A stretch of 64,000 nucleotides of DNA from an uncultured Lentisphaerota bacterium (GCA_903872565.1 CAIQLG010000287.1:4936-68935); one strand, 5' to 3'. Counted from the first letter of the stretch, positions 38,716-49,392 are shown. A program made the numbers and translations. The notes: generated by a model from the sequence alone, not told the origin.

Positions 38716-41700
38716 ATGAAGCTGAAAAATGTAAAAAAATACATTGAGGGGACTTTTTCCGATGATGAACGGAAGAAGGCCGGACAACTCCTGAAGATGA
38801 GTCCGGTTGTATATTGCTTTTTAGACGTGGACGGTACAATTTTCGGGGCTCTGCGAAATTCGCAGAACGAGAAAGACAACAAGATTGTCCGTCTGAAAAT
38901 ATTGGAGACCGGAACCGGCGAACCGGCTCCCGAATGCGAATTGTGCGGTGCTGGCAGATGTTTTCATTCTGCTGTTCTTCTTCTTCACTGCGAGAGGCAC
39001 GAGAATCTTTTTTCCGAGAAGGTTGAAAAGAAAGAGGTAATCAGCTATTCAGGTCTTCCAGCGGTGTCGTTGAAAACTTTCTCGAAGCAGGCGGAGGAGG
39101 AAGGTGCCGGCACTCGGCTGGAGGTATATTTTCCGTCCGGCCTTCCCCATTTGCCCACGAGATGGGACAACTGTGTTTTTGGAGTGCGACTTTTTTCGAC
39201 TGCCAGGGAATATATGGGAAACTTGGGCAACCTCAGGCAGTTGCATTTCAAGGAGACGATAGGTGCAAAACTGCGAATTTCGCAGTTTTCCCTCCAGGAA
39301 AGACAGATAATCCGCTATCTTGCGCTGAACTCGGAGGCGGAAGGGAATCTTCTCTGTGTAAATTCTGAAAACATGGCGGAGTTTTTCCATTCTCTGTCAG
39401 GTTTTGAAGGAATCTTCTCTGGCGACAAGACAGTGCATATAAACCGGGCTCCTGCGGAACCATCGGTTGCCTATTTTGTAAAATCTGGCAAGACAATGTT
39501 TCGTCCGGCGATATTCGAGGGCGACAGGGCGGTTGTGGCGAAGAACTTCCACATCATCATGGGCAAGTCCGGCTGTTGGATAGGCACAAATGGGGATTAC
39601 TGGTGGATTCCCGGAACTATAGATGTGTCCATTTTGCGGGCTTTTTTCCGCATTGAAGAAACGGTTCTGGGCTCGGAAGAAGCTGAAAAACTGCTTTCCC
39701 AATTCCCGGAAAAATTCTTCAGATCGCTTCATATGGAAGACAAAAATCTGAGGAAAAGGCATTTTTCGCCGATTTATCAAATCAAATCAGGGATGGACTT
39801 GGGGCACATATTGGAGCTGAACCTTCTTTTCGACTACGACAGCCTTCTTCTGCCGCCGGGAATGGAAAATATTTTCCATGGAAAGGGCAGATCATTCAGG
39901 CGTGACAAGGAAAGGGAGACTTCATTGGTGGAGGAACTTCTGCTTTTCGGATTCATCCGCAAGAGCAACGAAAAAAATGAGTTTTTCCTTGATAATGTCG
40001 AGGCGGCCGGTGTATTTGTCAGCAGGCTTGTCCCCATCTGGATAAAAGCTGGCGCTAAAGTTTACTTCGAGGCTGATTGCGGAATGGGTGTTCCCGGAAT
40101 GAAAATAAGCCTTGAAAAGGTGGATTCCAACTGGGAAACTGTCAAATTCAGGTACGATATAGCTGCGGGCGACCAGGAACTTGACTGGGGGCGGCTCGTA
40201 AAGATATGCAAAGAACCGGGCGACTACACCAGGCTTGAAAAAGGTGGAATAACACATATTGGTGGCAAGTTAAGGGAATTTGTCATGGCGGTCTGGGACA
40301 TCACCCGGAAGGACGCAGACTCCGATGTTATTGCCATTCCTATGGCGTGCGAGACTTTCTGGAATGCGAAGGCGGCTGATGCCGGGATAAACCTGAAGGG
40401 ATTGGACAGTCACCACGTTCCATCCATCAAAGATTCCGGAGACAAGATCCCTCCCCTGATTTTTTTTAAGGGTGAGCTGAGGAAATACCAGTTGGAAGGC
40501 TTGGAATGGATGCGGCTGATGATCTCAAGAAAACTGAATTTCATTCTTGCCGATGAGATGGGGCTGGGAAAAACTGTGCAGGCTCTTGCTCTTATGGCAT
40601 CTTTGAAAGAGACTTCACCCGGGCGGAAGCCTTTTATTGTGCTTTGCCCAAGCACTCTTGTAGAAAACTGGCAGATGGAAGCGGAAAGATTTGTTCCGGA
40701 ACTCGGCGTGGCTGTCGTTAAAGGTGCTTTGCGCGGAAAGGAAATGTGGGACAAAGCCTCTCTTTCCGACATAATAATATGCAGTTATTCGATTCTGAAA
40801 CGGGATATAGAACATTGCCGCGGCATCTCGTTCCGCTGCGTTTTTCTCGACGAGGCCCAGCACATAAAGAATCCATCTACGGAAAATGCGAAATCCTGCA
40901 AACAGCTGAAATCGGGAAGCAGAATAGTTCTTACTGGTACACCTCTTGAAAATTCGCCGTCCGAGCTGTGGTCAATCTTCGATTTCCTTCATCCTGGCAT
41001 TCTGGGTTCGCTGGGGAATTTCAAGGCAAGATATTGTGCAGATGGGGCAGGTGCGGAGACACACCGGGAATTGGCTTCAAGAGTTGGTCCATTTATTCTG
41101 AGGAGAAAAAAGGCGGAGGTCACGCCAGAACTGCCAGAAAAGACAGAACAGCTTGTTTTCTGTGATTTCGAAGAGGATCAGAAGGCTGTTTACGATCAAA
41201 TTCTTGAGTGCGGCAGAAATGAATATGAGAAGATGACGGGATCACATGCCGCAAACAGGATCAATGTGCTGAGCTGGCTTCTCAGGCTCAGACAGCTCTG
41301 CTGTCATCCTGATCTTCTCCCCGCCAATCTCAGGCCGCCCGGCATCAGTTCCGCAAAGACGGAACTTTTCAAGGAGCTTCTGCTTGAGAGTTTCGACAGT
41401 GGCCACAGGGTACTTCTCTTCAGTCAGTTCACAAGCCTGCTCAAGATAATAAGGGAATGGCTCGACTCGGAATCTGTAAAATATGAATATCTCGATGGAA
41501 AGACCCAGGATAGAATGCAGAGGGTAGTCAATTTCAACAGAGACAGAAGCATCCCCGTTTTTCTCCTGAGCCTGAAAGCAGGTGGAACCGGGCTGAACCT
41601 GGCATCTGCAGACAGAGTCATAATATATGATCCCTGGTGGAACCCTGCGGTTGAGGATCAGGCTTCCGACCGGGCACACCGGATCGGACAGATCCGGAAT

Positions 41701-41853
41701 GTCAGCATTTTGAAGCTTGTAGTGAAAAATTCTATCGAGGAAAAGGTTATAAAACTTCACGAACACAAAAAACAACTTTTCCAGAATCTTGTGGAAAATA
41801 CCTCACTTTTTAGAAAATTATCCAATAAAGACATAGAATTTTTACTGGAATGA
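38716..41853 (+). CDS. SNF2-family helicase with an N-terminal SWIM-type zinc finger region
   Basis: CELCGAGRCFHSAVLLLH (CxC...CxH), DEMGLGKTVQALAL (motif I), LDEAQHIKN (motif II), helicase-C QASDRAHRIGQ. Confidence 0.85.
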   Translation: MKLKNVKKYIEGTFSDDERKKAGQLLKMSPVVYCFLDVDGTIFGALRNSQNEKDNKIVRLKILETGTGEPAPECELCGAGRCFHSAVLLLHCERHENLFSEKVEKKEVISYSGLPAVSLKTFSKQAEEEGAGTRLEVYFPSGLPHLPTRWDNCVFGVRLFSTAREYMGNLGNLRQLHFKETIGAKLRISQFSLQERQIIRYLALNSEAEGNLLCVNSENMAEFFHSLSGFEGIFSGDKTVHINRAPAEPSVAYFVKSGKTMFRPAIFEGDRAVVAKNFHIIMGKSGCWIGTNGDYWWIPGTIDVSILRAFFRIEETVLGSEEAEKLLSQFPEKFFRSLHMEDKNLRKRHFSPIYQIKSGMDLGHILELNLLFDYDSLLLPPGMENIFHGKGRSFRRDKERETSLVEELLLFGFIRKSNEKNEFFLDNVEAAGVFVSRLVPIWIKAGAKVYFEADCGMGVPGMKISLEKVDSNWETVKFRYDIAAGDQELDWGRLVKICKEPGDYTRLEKGGITHIGGKLREFVMAVWDITRKDADSDVIAIPMACETFWNAKAADAGINLKGLDSHHVPSIKDSGDKIPPLIFFKGELRKYQLEGLEWMRLMISRKLNFILADEMGLGKTVQALALMASLKETSPGRKPFIVLCPSTLVENWQMEAERFVPELGVAVVKGALRGKEMWDKASLSDIIICSYSILKRDIEHCRGISFRCVFLDEAQHIKNPSTENAKSCKQLKSGSRIVLTGTPLENSPSELWSIFDFLHPGILGSLGNFKARYCADGAGAETHRELASRVGPFILRRKKAEVTPELPEKTEQLVFCDFEEDQKAVYDQILECGRNEYEKMTGSHAANRINVLSWLLRLRQLCCHPDLLPANLRPPGISSAKTELFKELLLESFDSGHRVLLFSQFTSLLKIIREWLDSESVKYEYLDGKTQDRMQRVVNFNRDRSIPVFLLSLKAGGTGLNLASADRVIIYDPWWNPAVEDQASDRAHRIGQIRNVSILKLVVKNSIEEKVIKLHEHKKQLFQNLVENTSLFRKLSNKDIEFLLE
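38851..38865. repeat. 15-bp palindrome CTGCGAAATTCGCAG, perfect
   Basis: Read directly. Lies inside the SNF2 gene. Confidence 0.9.
39271..39285. repeat. 15-bp palindrome CTGCGAATTTCGCAG, perfect
   Basis: Read directly. Lies inside the SNF2 gene, 420 bp from the previous copy. Confidence 0.9.
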
Positions 41854-41965
41854 ATATACTTTTTCATTAGGAAATTTGTTTTAGGGGGGCTTGCCGGTTC
41901 ATCATGTCCGTCCCTCCTCTAAAAATTATAAAGCAACAACATCTTATTCAACATATGGGAATATA

Positions 41966-42385
41966 ATGAAAAGTTACAGAAAAGAACTGTGGTTCAACAT
42001 AGCTGCGAGAAGAGCTTTCTTGAATATAACTCCGCAAGTTGTGGCATGCCTGAAGGAGTCGGGGATAAAAGAGGGGATTATTCTCTGCAATGCGATGCAT
42101 ATTACTGCTTCAGTGTTTGTAAATGACGACGAACGTGGCCTGCATTCCGACTTCGAAAAGTGGCTGGAACGTATTGCCCCTCATGAGCCGATCTCGGCAT
42201 ATTCCCACAATTTGACGGGGGAAAACAATGCCGACGCACACCTCAAAAGGCAGATTATGGGAAGAGAGGCGATCATTGCCGTAACAGATGGAAAGCTTGA
42301 TTTTGGTCCATGGGAGCAGATCTTCTACGGGGAGTTCGACGGCGGCAGACGGAAAAGAGTACTTGTGAAAATTATTGGTGAATAA
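41966..42385 (+). CDS. yjbQ: YjbQ/UPF0047-family protein (secondary thiamine-phosphate synthase)
   Basis: ITPQV...[21 protein letters not shown] ... [12 protein letters not shown] ... [14 protein letters not shown] prefer the ATG at 41966. Confidence 0.85.
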   Translation: MKSYRKELWFNIAARRAFLNITPQVVACLKESGIKEGIILCNAMHITASVFVNDDERGLHSDFEKWLERIAPHEPISAYSHNLTGENNADAHLKRQIMGREAIIAVTDGKLDFGPWEQIFYGEFDGGRRKRVLVKIIGE

Positions 42386-42386
42386 T

Positions 42387-44648
42387 ATGCAGTTCATATG
42401 TAATTTCTGTCTTTCGCCCATTCAGCACATAAAAAGTGAATATCTGGGACGCAAGATAAAATGTCCGCATTGCAATCAGAAGATGGTGCTTCCCTCATAC
42501 GAATATGGTGCCGGAAGAATAATCGGAGATTTCATAATCAGCTCTAAAATAGGCGAGGGATCAATAGGAACTGTGTTCCTGGCGAAACAGAGATCCCTCG
42601 ACAGGAATGTTGCGCTCAAGATACTTTCTTCAAAGTACACTACGGAAAAGGGAATAAGCTCATTTCTCTCGGAGGCAAGAATCGCCGCGAAATTGAACCA
42701 CCCCAGCATTGTCCAGGTATTATTCGTAGGAGAGGACAACGGAATATGCTTTATGGCCATGAACTATATCCAGGGCAAGACCGTCCGCCAAAAGATAGAC
42801 GATCACGACCAAATTCCGGTGGACGAATCACTGCATATAATCCAACAGGTCGCGGAGGCTCTTCATTTTGCCTGGGAACAGGAAAAAATGATACATCGCG
42901 ACATAAAGCCAGAAAATATTATAATAACCATGGAAGGTGCCGTCAAACTTACCGACCTTGGACTTGCAATACAGGCTTCGGAATGCAGGAAGGGAATGGA
43001 AATATCCGGAACACCATTTTTTATGAGCCCTGAACAGTTCGCCGGCGAGAAACTTGACACCAGGACAGACATCTATAGCCTAGGAATAACCCTCTATCAG
43101 ATGCTTGCAGGCCGTCTCCCGTACGACGGGGAAACACTCAACACCGTCGCTAAACAGCATTTCTACGAACAACCGGAATCAATTAAAAATGCAAATCCAT
43201 CCGTCTCGGACGAAGTCGAAAATCTTGTTGCAAAAATGATCGCCAAACATCCGGACGACAGATTCCAGAACATGGAAGAACTTCTTAATCAAATATGGAT
43301 TATCAGGCAGACAACTGCGCCTAACAAAGACATGATACCGGGTGTCCACACAATATCCATCAAGAAGCTCGACTACAAGGTGATTGAACCACCAAAGCCC
43401 GCATATAGGACAGGGAAGCCGGTGGCACCCTCATCTCCAAAAGTGAAATCACTTGCCAGTACAGAGGAGGAAGAGGATTCCTTCAATGTCAGCATGAAAT
43501 TCATCGGCGCCTGTGTGGCAATCATCGTCACCATAATTTTTGTGATACTCCTCGTCTATGTGAGCAAGTCCAAAAAAATCAGTCAGCTCGAGAGCGAGAT
43601 GGAGTTGATCGAAAAAAATTTCTATGAGACAAACATGCTTAATATGCAGACGGAAGAAGACTGCATGAATATCATTGCAAAAACAAAAAACACGGAAGAT
43701 CCCAGAGAAAAAAATGTTCAGCTTAGGGCCAGGCTTGTGATAGCGGAATTGAAAAACAAAAAAAACATCTCCAGTATGAAGACTTTCGCCACCGAACTCG
43801 AAACCCTGAAAAAAGGGATGGAGAACAAGGATAACTCAGTGGCCTCCACTCATGAAAGGGAACTTGCCAAAGTCGAAGTATTGAAAACCATAGAGTCGGA
43901 AAAACTTAAGGCCGATCTGGAAAATGAGAAGATCAAGGCTAAAAGCGAGAAAGAATCCTTGCAAAAACAACTCGAGGAAACCTTGAAAAACGTGAACGAA
44001 CAGAAAAAAAAGGACGAGGAATACAAGCAGAACATCTTCTATGCAAAACTTTATTCGCTCGTCAGACAGTACAAGTTTCCCGAAGTTTCCGCCGCACTCG
44101 ACGAATTCTCGCAGAAAGGTGTCCTCGACCAGAAAAAGAGCGACAATTTGAAAGAAAGAATTCAGCGCTTCCAAACATATTGTGCCCTGCTCTCAAAAAG
44201 TGGCAACAAATTCTACAATATAACAACTCCGGACGGCACCGTAATAAAGATATCTGATGGGATTATAGAGTTCAATGATAAAGGAGCCTTATCATCTAAA
44301 AAATGGTACTCGCTTCCCGTGGAAACATTGTATGCGATACTTTCGGAAAACGTTTCCGGTCAGACCGAGAACAAGGTGAAAGCAGAGATTTCGCTTCTTA
44401 TAGGAAACCCTGAGGATGCAATAAAATACGCGCCGGACGATCAAGAACTCAAAATTATCATTGATTCCTCCTTCAATTCAAATATGGATACCTTGAAGTC
44501 CCTGGCCAGCAGCAGTAAAAAGAAGGCCATGCTCAAACTCATGTTGCTGCAGAAGGAGTTTGGCAATATCCCGAAATATAAGGGACAGCTCGATGAACTC
44601 AAACTTTCTCTGGAAAAAAATTCCACACCCTCAACAGAAGACGAATAG
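42387..44648 (+). CDS. Ser/Thr protein kinase with an N-terminal zinc ribbon, one TM segment and a coiled-coil C-terminal region
   Basis: CNFC...CPHC, HRDIKPENIII, DLGLA, GTPFFMSPEQ. The ATG at 42387 is 1 nt after the yjbQ stop. Confidence 0.85.
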   Translation: MQFICNFCLSPIQHIKSEYLGRKIKCPHCNQKMVLPSYEYGAGRIIGDFIISSKIGEGSIGTVFLAKQRSLDRNVALKILSSKYTTEKGISSFLSEARIAAKLNHPSIVQVLFVGEDNGICFMAMNYIQGKTVRQKIDDHDQIPVDESLHIIQQVAEALHFAWEQEKMIHRDIKPENIIITMEGAVKLTDLGLAIQASECRKGMEISGTPFFMSPEQFAGEKLDTRTDIYSLGITLYQMLAGRLPYDGETLNTVAKQHFYEQPESIKNANPSVSDEVENLVAKMIAKHPDDRFQNMEELLNQIWIIRQTTAPNKDMIPGVHTISIKKLDYKVIEPPKPAYRTGKPVAPSSPKVKSLASTEEEEDSFNVSMKFIGACVAIIVTIIFVILLVYVSKSKKISQLESEMELIEKNFYETNMLNMQTEEDCMNIIAKTKNTEDPREKNVQLRARLVIAELKNKKNISSMKTFATELETLKKGMENKDNSVASTHERELAKVEVLKTIESEKLKADLENEKIKAKSEKESLQKQLEETLKNVNEQKKKDEEYKQNIFYAKLYSLVRQYKFPEVSAALDEFSQKGVLDQKKSDNLKERIQRFQTYCALLSKSGNKFYNITTPDGTVIKISDGIIEFNDKGALSSKKWYSLPVETLYAILSENVSGQTENKVKAEISLLIGNPEDAIKYAPDDQELKIIIDSSFNSNMDTLKSLASSSKKKAMLKLMLLQKEFGNIPKYKGQLDELKLSLEKNSTPSTEDE

Positions 44649-44697
44649 GAAAACCCGGTACACTCATTTAAAAGACTCCAAAGGTTGAAAGAACGGG

Positions 44698-45348
44698 TTA
44701 ATGAATATTTGCTAGTCCGTGGTATTCGCAAAGATTGTTTATCCATTCTGAAAACGAATGCCAGTACTCGGTACCCAGATCTGGAATTCCATCGCCCTTG
44801 CAAAGAAAATTCACCATCATCCCGGTAAAACGTATCCTTTTAAGTCCGTCAGGATTCTTTTCGGCCTCTTCCATCGAATGTCCTGGAAGAAGCCCGTGCT
44901 CGTAGAGATACACCAATTTAAGCAGGTCGAAAACTGGAGGATTTTCCGGAAGAGGACCGCAGAGGATCTTTAGAACACCCCTCAGGGACGAATAAAGAAT
45001 CGGGGAAGGCAGCATGGTGTGCGAATTTCGCAGAACAAATTCCGCAATTTCGGCCGCCAGAATGAAGTTCCCGGTCCGTAGAGAAATAGCATCGGATGTG
45101 CCGACAATCTCGACGGAATTGATGGTGTAGAGTCCCTTCGCACCTTCCTTGAAATGCACATTCAACTCCCGGAAGAGGTCAACTTCGGGAAACCGTTTCT
45201 TTTCCACACGCATCGCTCCTCTGGCAAGAAAGTCAAGACGCCCGTAGTCCGCACTCACCGACGCAATCACTAGACTGCTTTCGCTGAAAGGCGTCTTCCG
45301 AAGAACAATTATGTTAGTGTCAATCATAAGATCATCTATAACAAACAT
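44698..45348 (-). CDS. recO: DNA repair protein RecO
   Basis: NIIVLRKTPFSESSLVIASVSADYGRLDFLARGA OB-fold N-terminus. I prefer the ATG at 45348. Confidence 0.75.
   Translation of the reverse strand: MFVIDDLMIDTNIIVLRKTPFSESSLVIASVSADYGRLDFLARGAMRVEKKRFPEVDLFRELNVHFKEGAKGLYTINSVEIVGTSDAISLRTGNFILAAEIAEFVLRNSHTMLPSPILYSSLRGVLKILCGPLPENPPVFDLLKLVYLYEHGLLPGHSMEEAEKNPDGLKRIRFTGMMVNFLCKGDGIPDLGTEYWHSFSEWINNLCEYHGLANIH
45019..45033. repeat. 15-bp palindrome family, one mismatch (GTGCGAATTTCGCAG)
   Basis: Read directly. Lies inside recO. Confidence 0.8.
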
Positions 45349-45377
45349 AACCGGCTGCGCCGGGACTTGTCGGAACG

Positions 45378-45490
45378 CCAGCAACTTGCTGGCATTTATC
45401 CGATATTGCCGGCAGAGTCACAAGATCCCGTCCACAGAGCGCGTCGGGATTGTCGGCGTTCCTTAGAAAAATACAATTTTCTACACTGTT
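45378..45490. repeat. Intergenic structured repeat, copy B (family shared with 3496-3573)
   Basis: GCCAGCAA-c-TTGCTGGC palindrome, CATTTAT, a longer GCCGGCA...CGGGATTGTCGGC hairpin, and the tail GTTCCTTAGAAAAATACAATTTTCTACACT. Confidence 0.6.
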
Positions 45491-45495
45491 TACTT

Positions 45496-46020
45496 TCATC
45501 CAGAAATTCCTGTCTGTTTTTGCATAATATAGTCGTCCATTATAAATCCGCCGCCTATATCCTTGACAACAGATCCCTTTTTCTCAAATCCCATTTTTTC
45601 GTATACTTTAATTGCTGAACAATTGTTTTTATTAACCGTCAGAATTATTTTCCCAAGGTTTCGATCCATGGCTGCCTTTTCGATGAATTCCATCGCTTCC
45701 CTCCCGTATCCTTGACCTCTATGCCCGGACAAAATGTAGAATTTACTTAGGAAAAGCTCGGATTTTCCGTTTCTCTCCTGAAAAGCGATGTAGCCGACAT
45801 ATTTGCCTTTCATTTTCAAAAGATAGTAAGATATTCCTTCATTCTTGATCTGATTCGAGATTGCTTCTTCCGAGTGGAATTTTTCCAGCATATATTCCAC
45901 CTGTGCCTTCCCGATGATGGGAGTGTAATGCTCTGTCCATATTTTTCTTGCAAGAACACATAGTGCCTTAATATTATTTTTATTTGTGGGCTCAAAAGTC
46001 ATGTTGATTAATAATATCAT
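45496..46020 (-). CDS. GNAT-family N-acetyltransferase
   Basis: GHRGQGYGREAMEFIEK acetyl-CoA binding motif. Confidence 0.8.
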   Translation of the reverse strand: MILLINMTFEPTNKNNIKALCVLARKIWTEHYTPIIGKAQVEYMLEKFHSEEAISNQIKNEGISYYLLKMKGKYVGYIAFQERNGKSELFLSKFYILSGHRGQGYGREAMEFIEKAAMDRNLGKIILTVNKNNCSAIKVYEKMGFEKKGSVVKDIGGGFIMDDYIMQKQTGISG

Positions 46021-46050
46021 ATTTTTGTCTAAATGGTTGTATCTCTAGGA

Positions 46051-46392
46051 TTAACTGGTGTTTTTCCTAATTTTGTAATGGCTATGGCAATATTTGTTTC
46101 CAGGGAGATGGGCTTCTAAGAGACCTTTAAAAAGTTTTCCGTGATTTGGAATATGAAGATGAAGTAGATCATGGACAATCACATAATCTCTTAACTCAGT
46201 ATCACCACCAAGAAGAGCTTCATTAAAGGTGACACATCCACTACTTGAACAGGATGCCCATTTGCTACGCATCTTTTGGATTCGTAATCGGGCTGGCTTC
46301 ACCTTGATTTTCCGTGCCCATTCCATAACCTGTTCTTTGAAATAAATCCTATCCATATAATTCTCTTGAAACTTATTTTCAACCATAATCAT
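46051..46392 (-). CDS. Short DUF45/YgjP-like (WLM/M48-type) metal-dependent hydrolase
   Basis: RSKWASCSSSGCVTFN ... YVIVHDLLHLHIPNHGKLF (HExxH-like HDLLH plus NH). Lies 15 nt downstream of hsdR. Confidence 0.7.
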   Translation of the reverse strand: MIMVENKFQENYMDRIYFKEQVMEWARKIKVKPARLRIQKMRSKWASCSSSGCVTFNEALLGGDTELRDYVIVHDLLHLHIPNHGKLFKGLLEAHLPGNKYCHSHYKIRKNTS

Positions 46393-46407
46393 AATTCATT
46401 TTTTTTA

Positions 46408-49365
46408 TTATCTCAGCAGTCTTTCGACAATCTGAATCATCTTTTCCTTCCCTACCAGAGGGAAGAGAAACTTGTAAAGCTCTGCCTTGAGTTGACGCAG
46501 TTCTTCCGGATTGTCCTTGGAATTCGGAAATCTCTCAACCATACTTTTTACTATGGCTGCATTTTTGGCGGGTTCTTCCATTTTTTCTGATTTCAGCTTC
46601 CAGAAAATTCCAAAAGTATCAGAGTCGAGACCAGACAACTCCCGCTCCTTCCGCGCGGCCAGCATTTCCTTCACAATATCCTCTATTCTCTTCAATGCGC
46701 TCTCCGTGGAAATCTGCCTGTCGTCGAATGCCTCTATTATAGCCTCCGCACGGTCGCCGATTTCGTGGAGATACGGCGCATTGTCTCCTTCATCGGTCAC
46801 TTTTTTCCTTATGCCGATCACAAGGTTGATTATCTTTCCTTTGTCCGATTTTCCGGAAATTCTTATCGCATCAAGAGTCTTATCGTCAATTACTACTGCA
46901 GGAAGAGCATTTTCCAGACCGAACACCGAGATATTTTCGCGGATAAGATGTTCCGTCTTTCCAGCTACATCGCCATACAGGACGGTTTTTCTGCTGAACG
47001 CATTTCCTATTATCTGGAACATTGCGGAAAGTTTTGCGAAATCATCCATATGATCCCTTAGATCGGGAGATGGAGACAATATGTCGTATATCGTTTCCAA
47101 TTGTTTGTAAAGCCTGAAGAAATCCTCTCTCTCGCTCTTGTCAGAGAACAATTCGACAATTTTTTCCACTGTCTTGTCATCCAGACTACCATCACAGAGT
47201 ACCAGATATTTTTTCGCATCCTTTGCCATCAGGTCGTGAAATCTTGCAAGAAGGATATCTATCCCCTCGATCGCTCCGCCAACCACATCAGAGTCGAATG
47301 CCAGTGCTTTCTCAAGCTTCTCGAAGATTCCTACAAAATCCACTACGAGGCCGCATGGCTTCCGTTTTTTCTCATTTATTTCATAAGGTCTGTTAACCCT
47401 TGCAATCGCCTGAAGCAGAACGTGATCGCGCATCGGCTTATCAAGATACATGCAGTAGAGAATCGGAGCGTCGAAACCAGTCAGAAGCTTGTCAGTCACA
47501 ATGAATATCTTTGGCAAAGTGTCCGGTTTCAAAAACTGCTTGCGGACCATCTTTTCTGCTTCCGCGCCAACCTGGTGTTTATAAACAAAGGGAAATCTCT
47601 CACCGTCGTGCTGGGCCGAACTGTATATCGGCATAGAATATTCCGGAGGCAAAAGCTTGTCCAGTTCCTCCTTGTAGAGGGCACAGGCTTCGCGATCCAC
47701 ACCGACTAGAAAGGCCTTGTATCCCATCGGCTCGACATTTTCCCGGTAGTGTTTTGCAACAAACTTTGCGACCTTCGCAATTCGGTCCTTAGATTTAAGA
47801 AAATTCTTCAATTTCAGTGCATGGTCCAGAATTTTGTTTAACACATCAATATCGCAAATGCCTTCTGCCTCCGCAAGCGACAGGAATTCCTTCTCGAGTT
47901 GTTCCCGCGGCACTCTGATCTCGTTCGGTGCGAGAGCATACTTCAGAGGTAGAGTAGTTCCGTCGTCTATTGATTCGCTTATTGAATATTTGTCGAGATA
48001 ACCCTTGTCGTCCTCTCTTCCAAAAATCTTGAATGTCCCCTTCCCATATGCGGTCTTGTCTATCGGCGTTCCGGTGAAGCCTATCATCGTGGCACTTGGA
48101 AGAGCGGCAACCAGATAGTTACCGAGATCGCCCCCTATACTCCTGTGCGCCTCGTCTATAAGAACGAAGATATTGTCCCGCTTGTTAACATCTTTTGAAA
48201 TTCCATCGAACTTGTGTATCATCGAGACAACAAGGCCTCTGAAATCCGATTCTAGAAGGCTTCTGAGTTTTTTCTTGCTGTTTGCTGACTCGATCTTAAT
48301 GTCGTGCGCCTGCATCTCGCCAAGAAGCCTTCCGACCCATCCGGAAAGCTGTCCCTCGAGTTCATTTCTGTCAATCATAAGTATCACTGTTGGTTTGCCG
48401 AACAGATCCTTCTCACGGAGAATTAGGCGTGCCGCAGTAATCATAGTGAAAGTTTTACCCGACCCCTGAGTGTGCCATATCAGACCTGTCTTCCTTGCCT
48501 CGTCGGAACAACGTTCGAGAATCTTGTCCACAGCTCTCGTCTGATGCTGTCGCAGGACAGTCTTACGTAGTTCATCATCCTTGTAATAAAACAAAATCCA
48601 TTCCCGCAGCATCATCAGGAAACGTCCACGGTCAAAGAAACTTTTCACCTTCGACTCGAAAGAATCGAAGTTCTGGGAGATGCCGTTCTCGCCTCTCCCC
48701 GTCCCCCTCTGGAGAGGGGCTCCAACCCGTTCATCATTTGCCGATTTCCAACTGAAAACATTCTTGCAGTCGAGGTTCCAGGTCACTCCATACATGAAAT
48801 CAATCAGATGTGTTATGTTGAAAACCTGTGCGCTTGTAACCATTTCCGGTGTTTCCCTGTGATATTCGCGAATCTGGACTAGCGCCTTCTCGATTCCGTC
48901 CGGTTTTTTTGCATTTTTTGACTCTACTATGGCAACTGGAATTCCATTGATCAGAAAAATAATATCAGAGCGGTTGGTCTCTCGTCCATTGGTGAACTGC
49001 CACTCTTCGGTGACTTGAAAAATATTGTTTTTGATTTTTTCATAGTCAATGAGAGCCACATTGCGTTCACGTTTTTCCTTGTGGTCATAAATGCTTTTTT
49101 CGCCGCGAAGCCAGGAAAGGATCGAGGCATTGCCCTCGATGGTATTCCGCTCTGACTCTATCCTTCGTATCACATCATTTACATTTTCGCCAGTGATCAG
49201 GCCGGGGTTGAATTTCTTAAGCTTGTCAGCAAGAATGTCCGAAAAAAGCATCCCGGACTCTCCACCGCGGAGCGACAACGCTTCCGAGGTGGAAATATAT
49301 TCCCACCCCGCATCAACCGCATATTTTATCAGCGGTTTCTGAACTGTGTTTTTTTCCGTAAACAT
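46408..49365 (-). CDS. hsdR: Type I restriction enzyme R subunit
   Basis: WHTQGSGKTFTMI (motif I), LIDEAHRS (DEAH), C-terminal helicase and assembly regions. I prefer the ATG at 49365 with a GAGGA RBS; the track start is TTG at 49386. Confidence 0.9.
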   Translation of the reverse strand: MFTEKNTVQKPLIKYAVDAGWEYISTSEALSLRGGESGMLFSDILADKLKKFNPGLITGENVNDVIRRIESERNTIEGNASILSWLRGEKSIYDHKEKRERNVALIDYEKIKNNIFQVTEEWQFTNGRETNRSDIIFLINGIPVAIVESKNAKKPDGIEKALVQIREYHRETPEMVTSAQVFNITHLIDFMYGVTWNLDCKNVFSWKSANDERVGAPLQRGTGRGENGISQNFDSFESKVKSFFDRGRFLMMLREWILFYYKDDELRKTVLRQHQTRAVDKILERCSDEARKTGLIWHTQGSGKTFTMITAARLILREKDLFGKPTVILMIDRNELEGQLSGWVGRLLGEMQAHDIKIESANSKKKLRSLLESDFRGLVVSMIHKFDGISKDVNKRDNIFVLIDEAHRSIGGDLGNYLVAALPSATMIGFTGTPIDKTAYGKGTFKIFGREDDKGYLDKYSISESIDDGTTLPLKYALAPNEIRVPREQLEKEFLSLAEAEGICDIDVLNKILDHALKLKNFLKSKDRIAKVAKFVAKHYRENVEPMGYKAFLVGVDREACALYKEELDKLLPPEYSMPIYSSAQHDGERFPFVYKHQVGAEAEKMVRKQFLKPDTLPKIFIVTDKLLTGFDAPILYCMYLDKPMRDHVLLQAIARVNRPYEINEKKRKPCGLVVDFVGIFEKLEKALAFDSDVVGGAIEGIDILLARFHDLMAKDAKKYLVLCDGSLDDKTVEKIVELFSDKSEREDFFRLYKQLETIYDILSPSPDLRDHMDDFAKLSAMFQIIGNAFSRKTVLYGDVAGKTEHLIRENISVFGLENALPAVVIDDKTLDAIRISGKSDKGKIINLVIGIRKKVTDEGDNAPYLHEIGDRAEAIIEAFDDRQISTESALKRIEDIVKEMLAARKERELSGLDSDTFGIFWKLKSEKMEEPAKNAAIVKSMVERFPNSKDNPEELRQLKAELYKFLFPLVGKEKMIQIVERLLR

Positions 49366-49392
49366 TTTTTCCTCGCAAAGACGCAAAGCTTT

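Noticed and set aside
38716-41853. SNF2 helicase as part of DISARM, BREX or Zorya
   Set aside because: No DUF1998, PLD, methyltransferase, PglZ or ZorABC-type genes are adjacent. The neighbours are yjbQ and a kinase. SWIM-SNF2 proteins of this layout are widespread stand-alone genes.
19592-44648. PP2C phosphatase plus Ser/Thr kinase as a TerY-P-type defence triad
   Set aside because: The two genes are 22 kb apart on different strands, and no vWA/TerY gene is adjacent to either.
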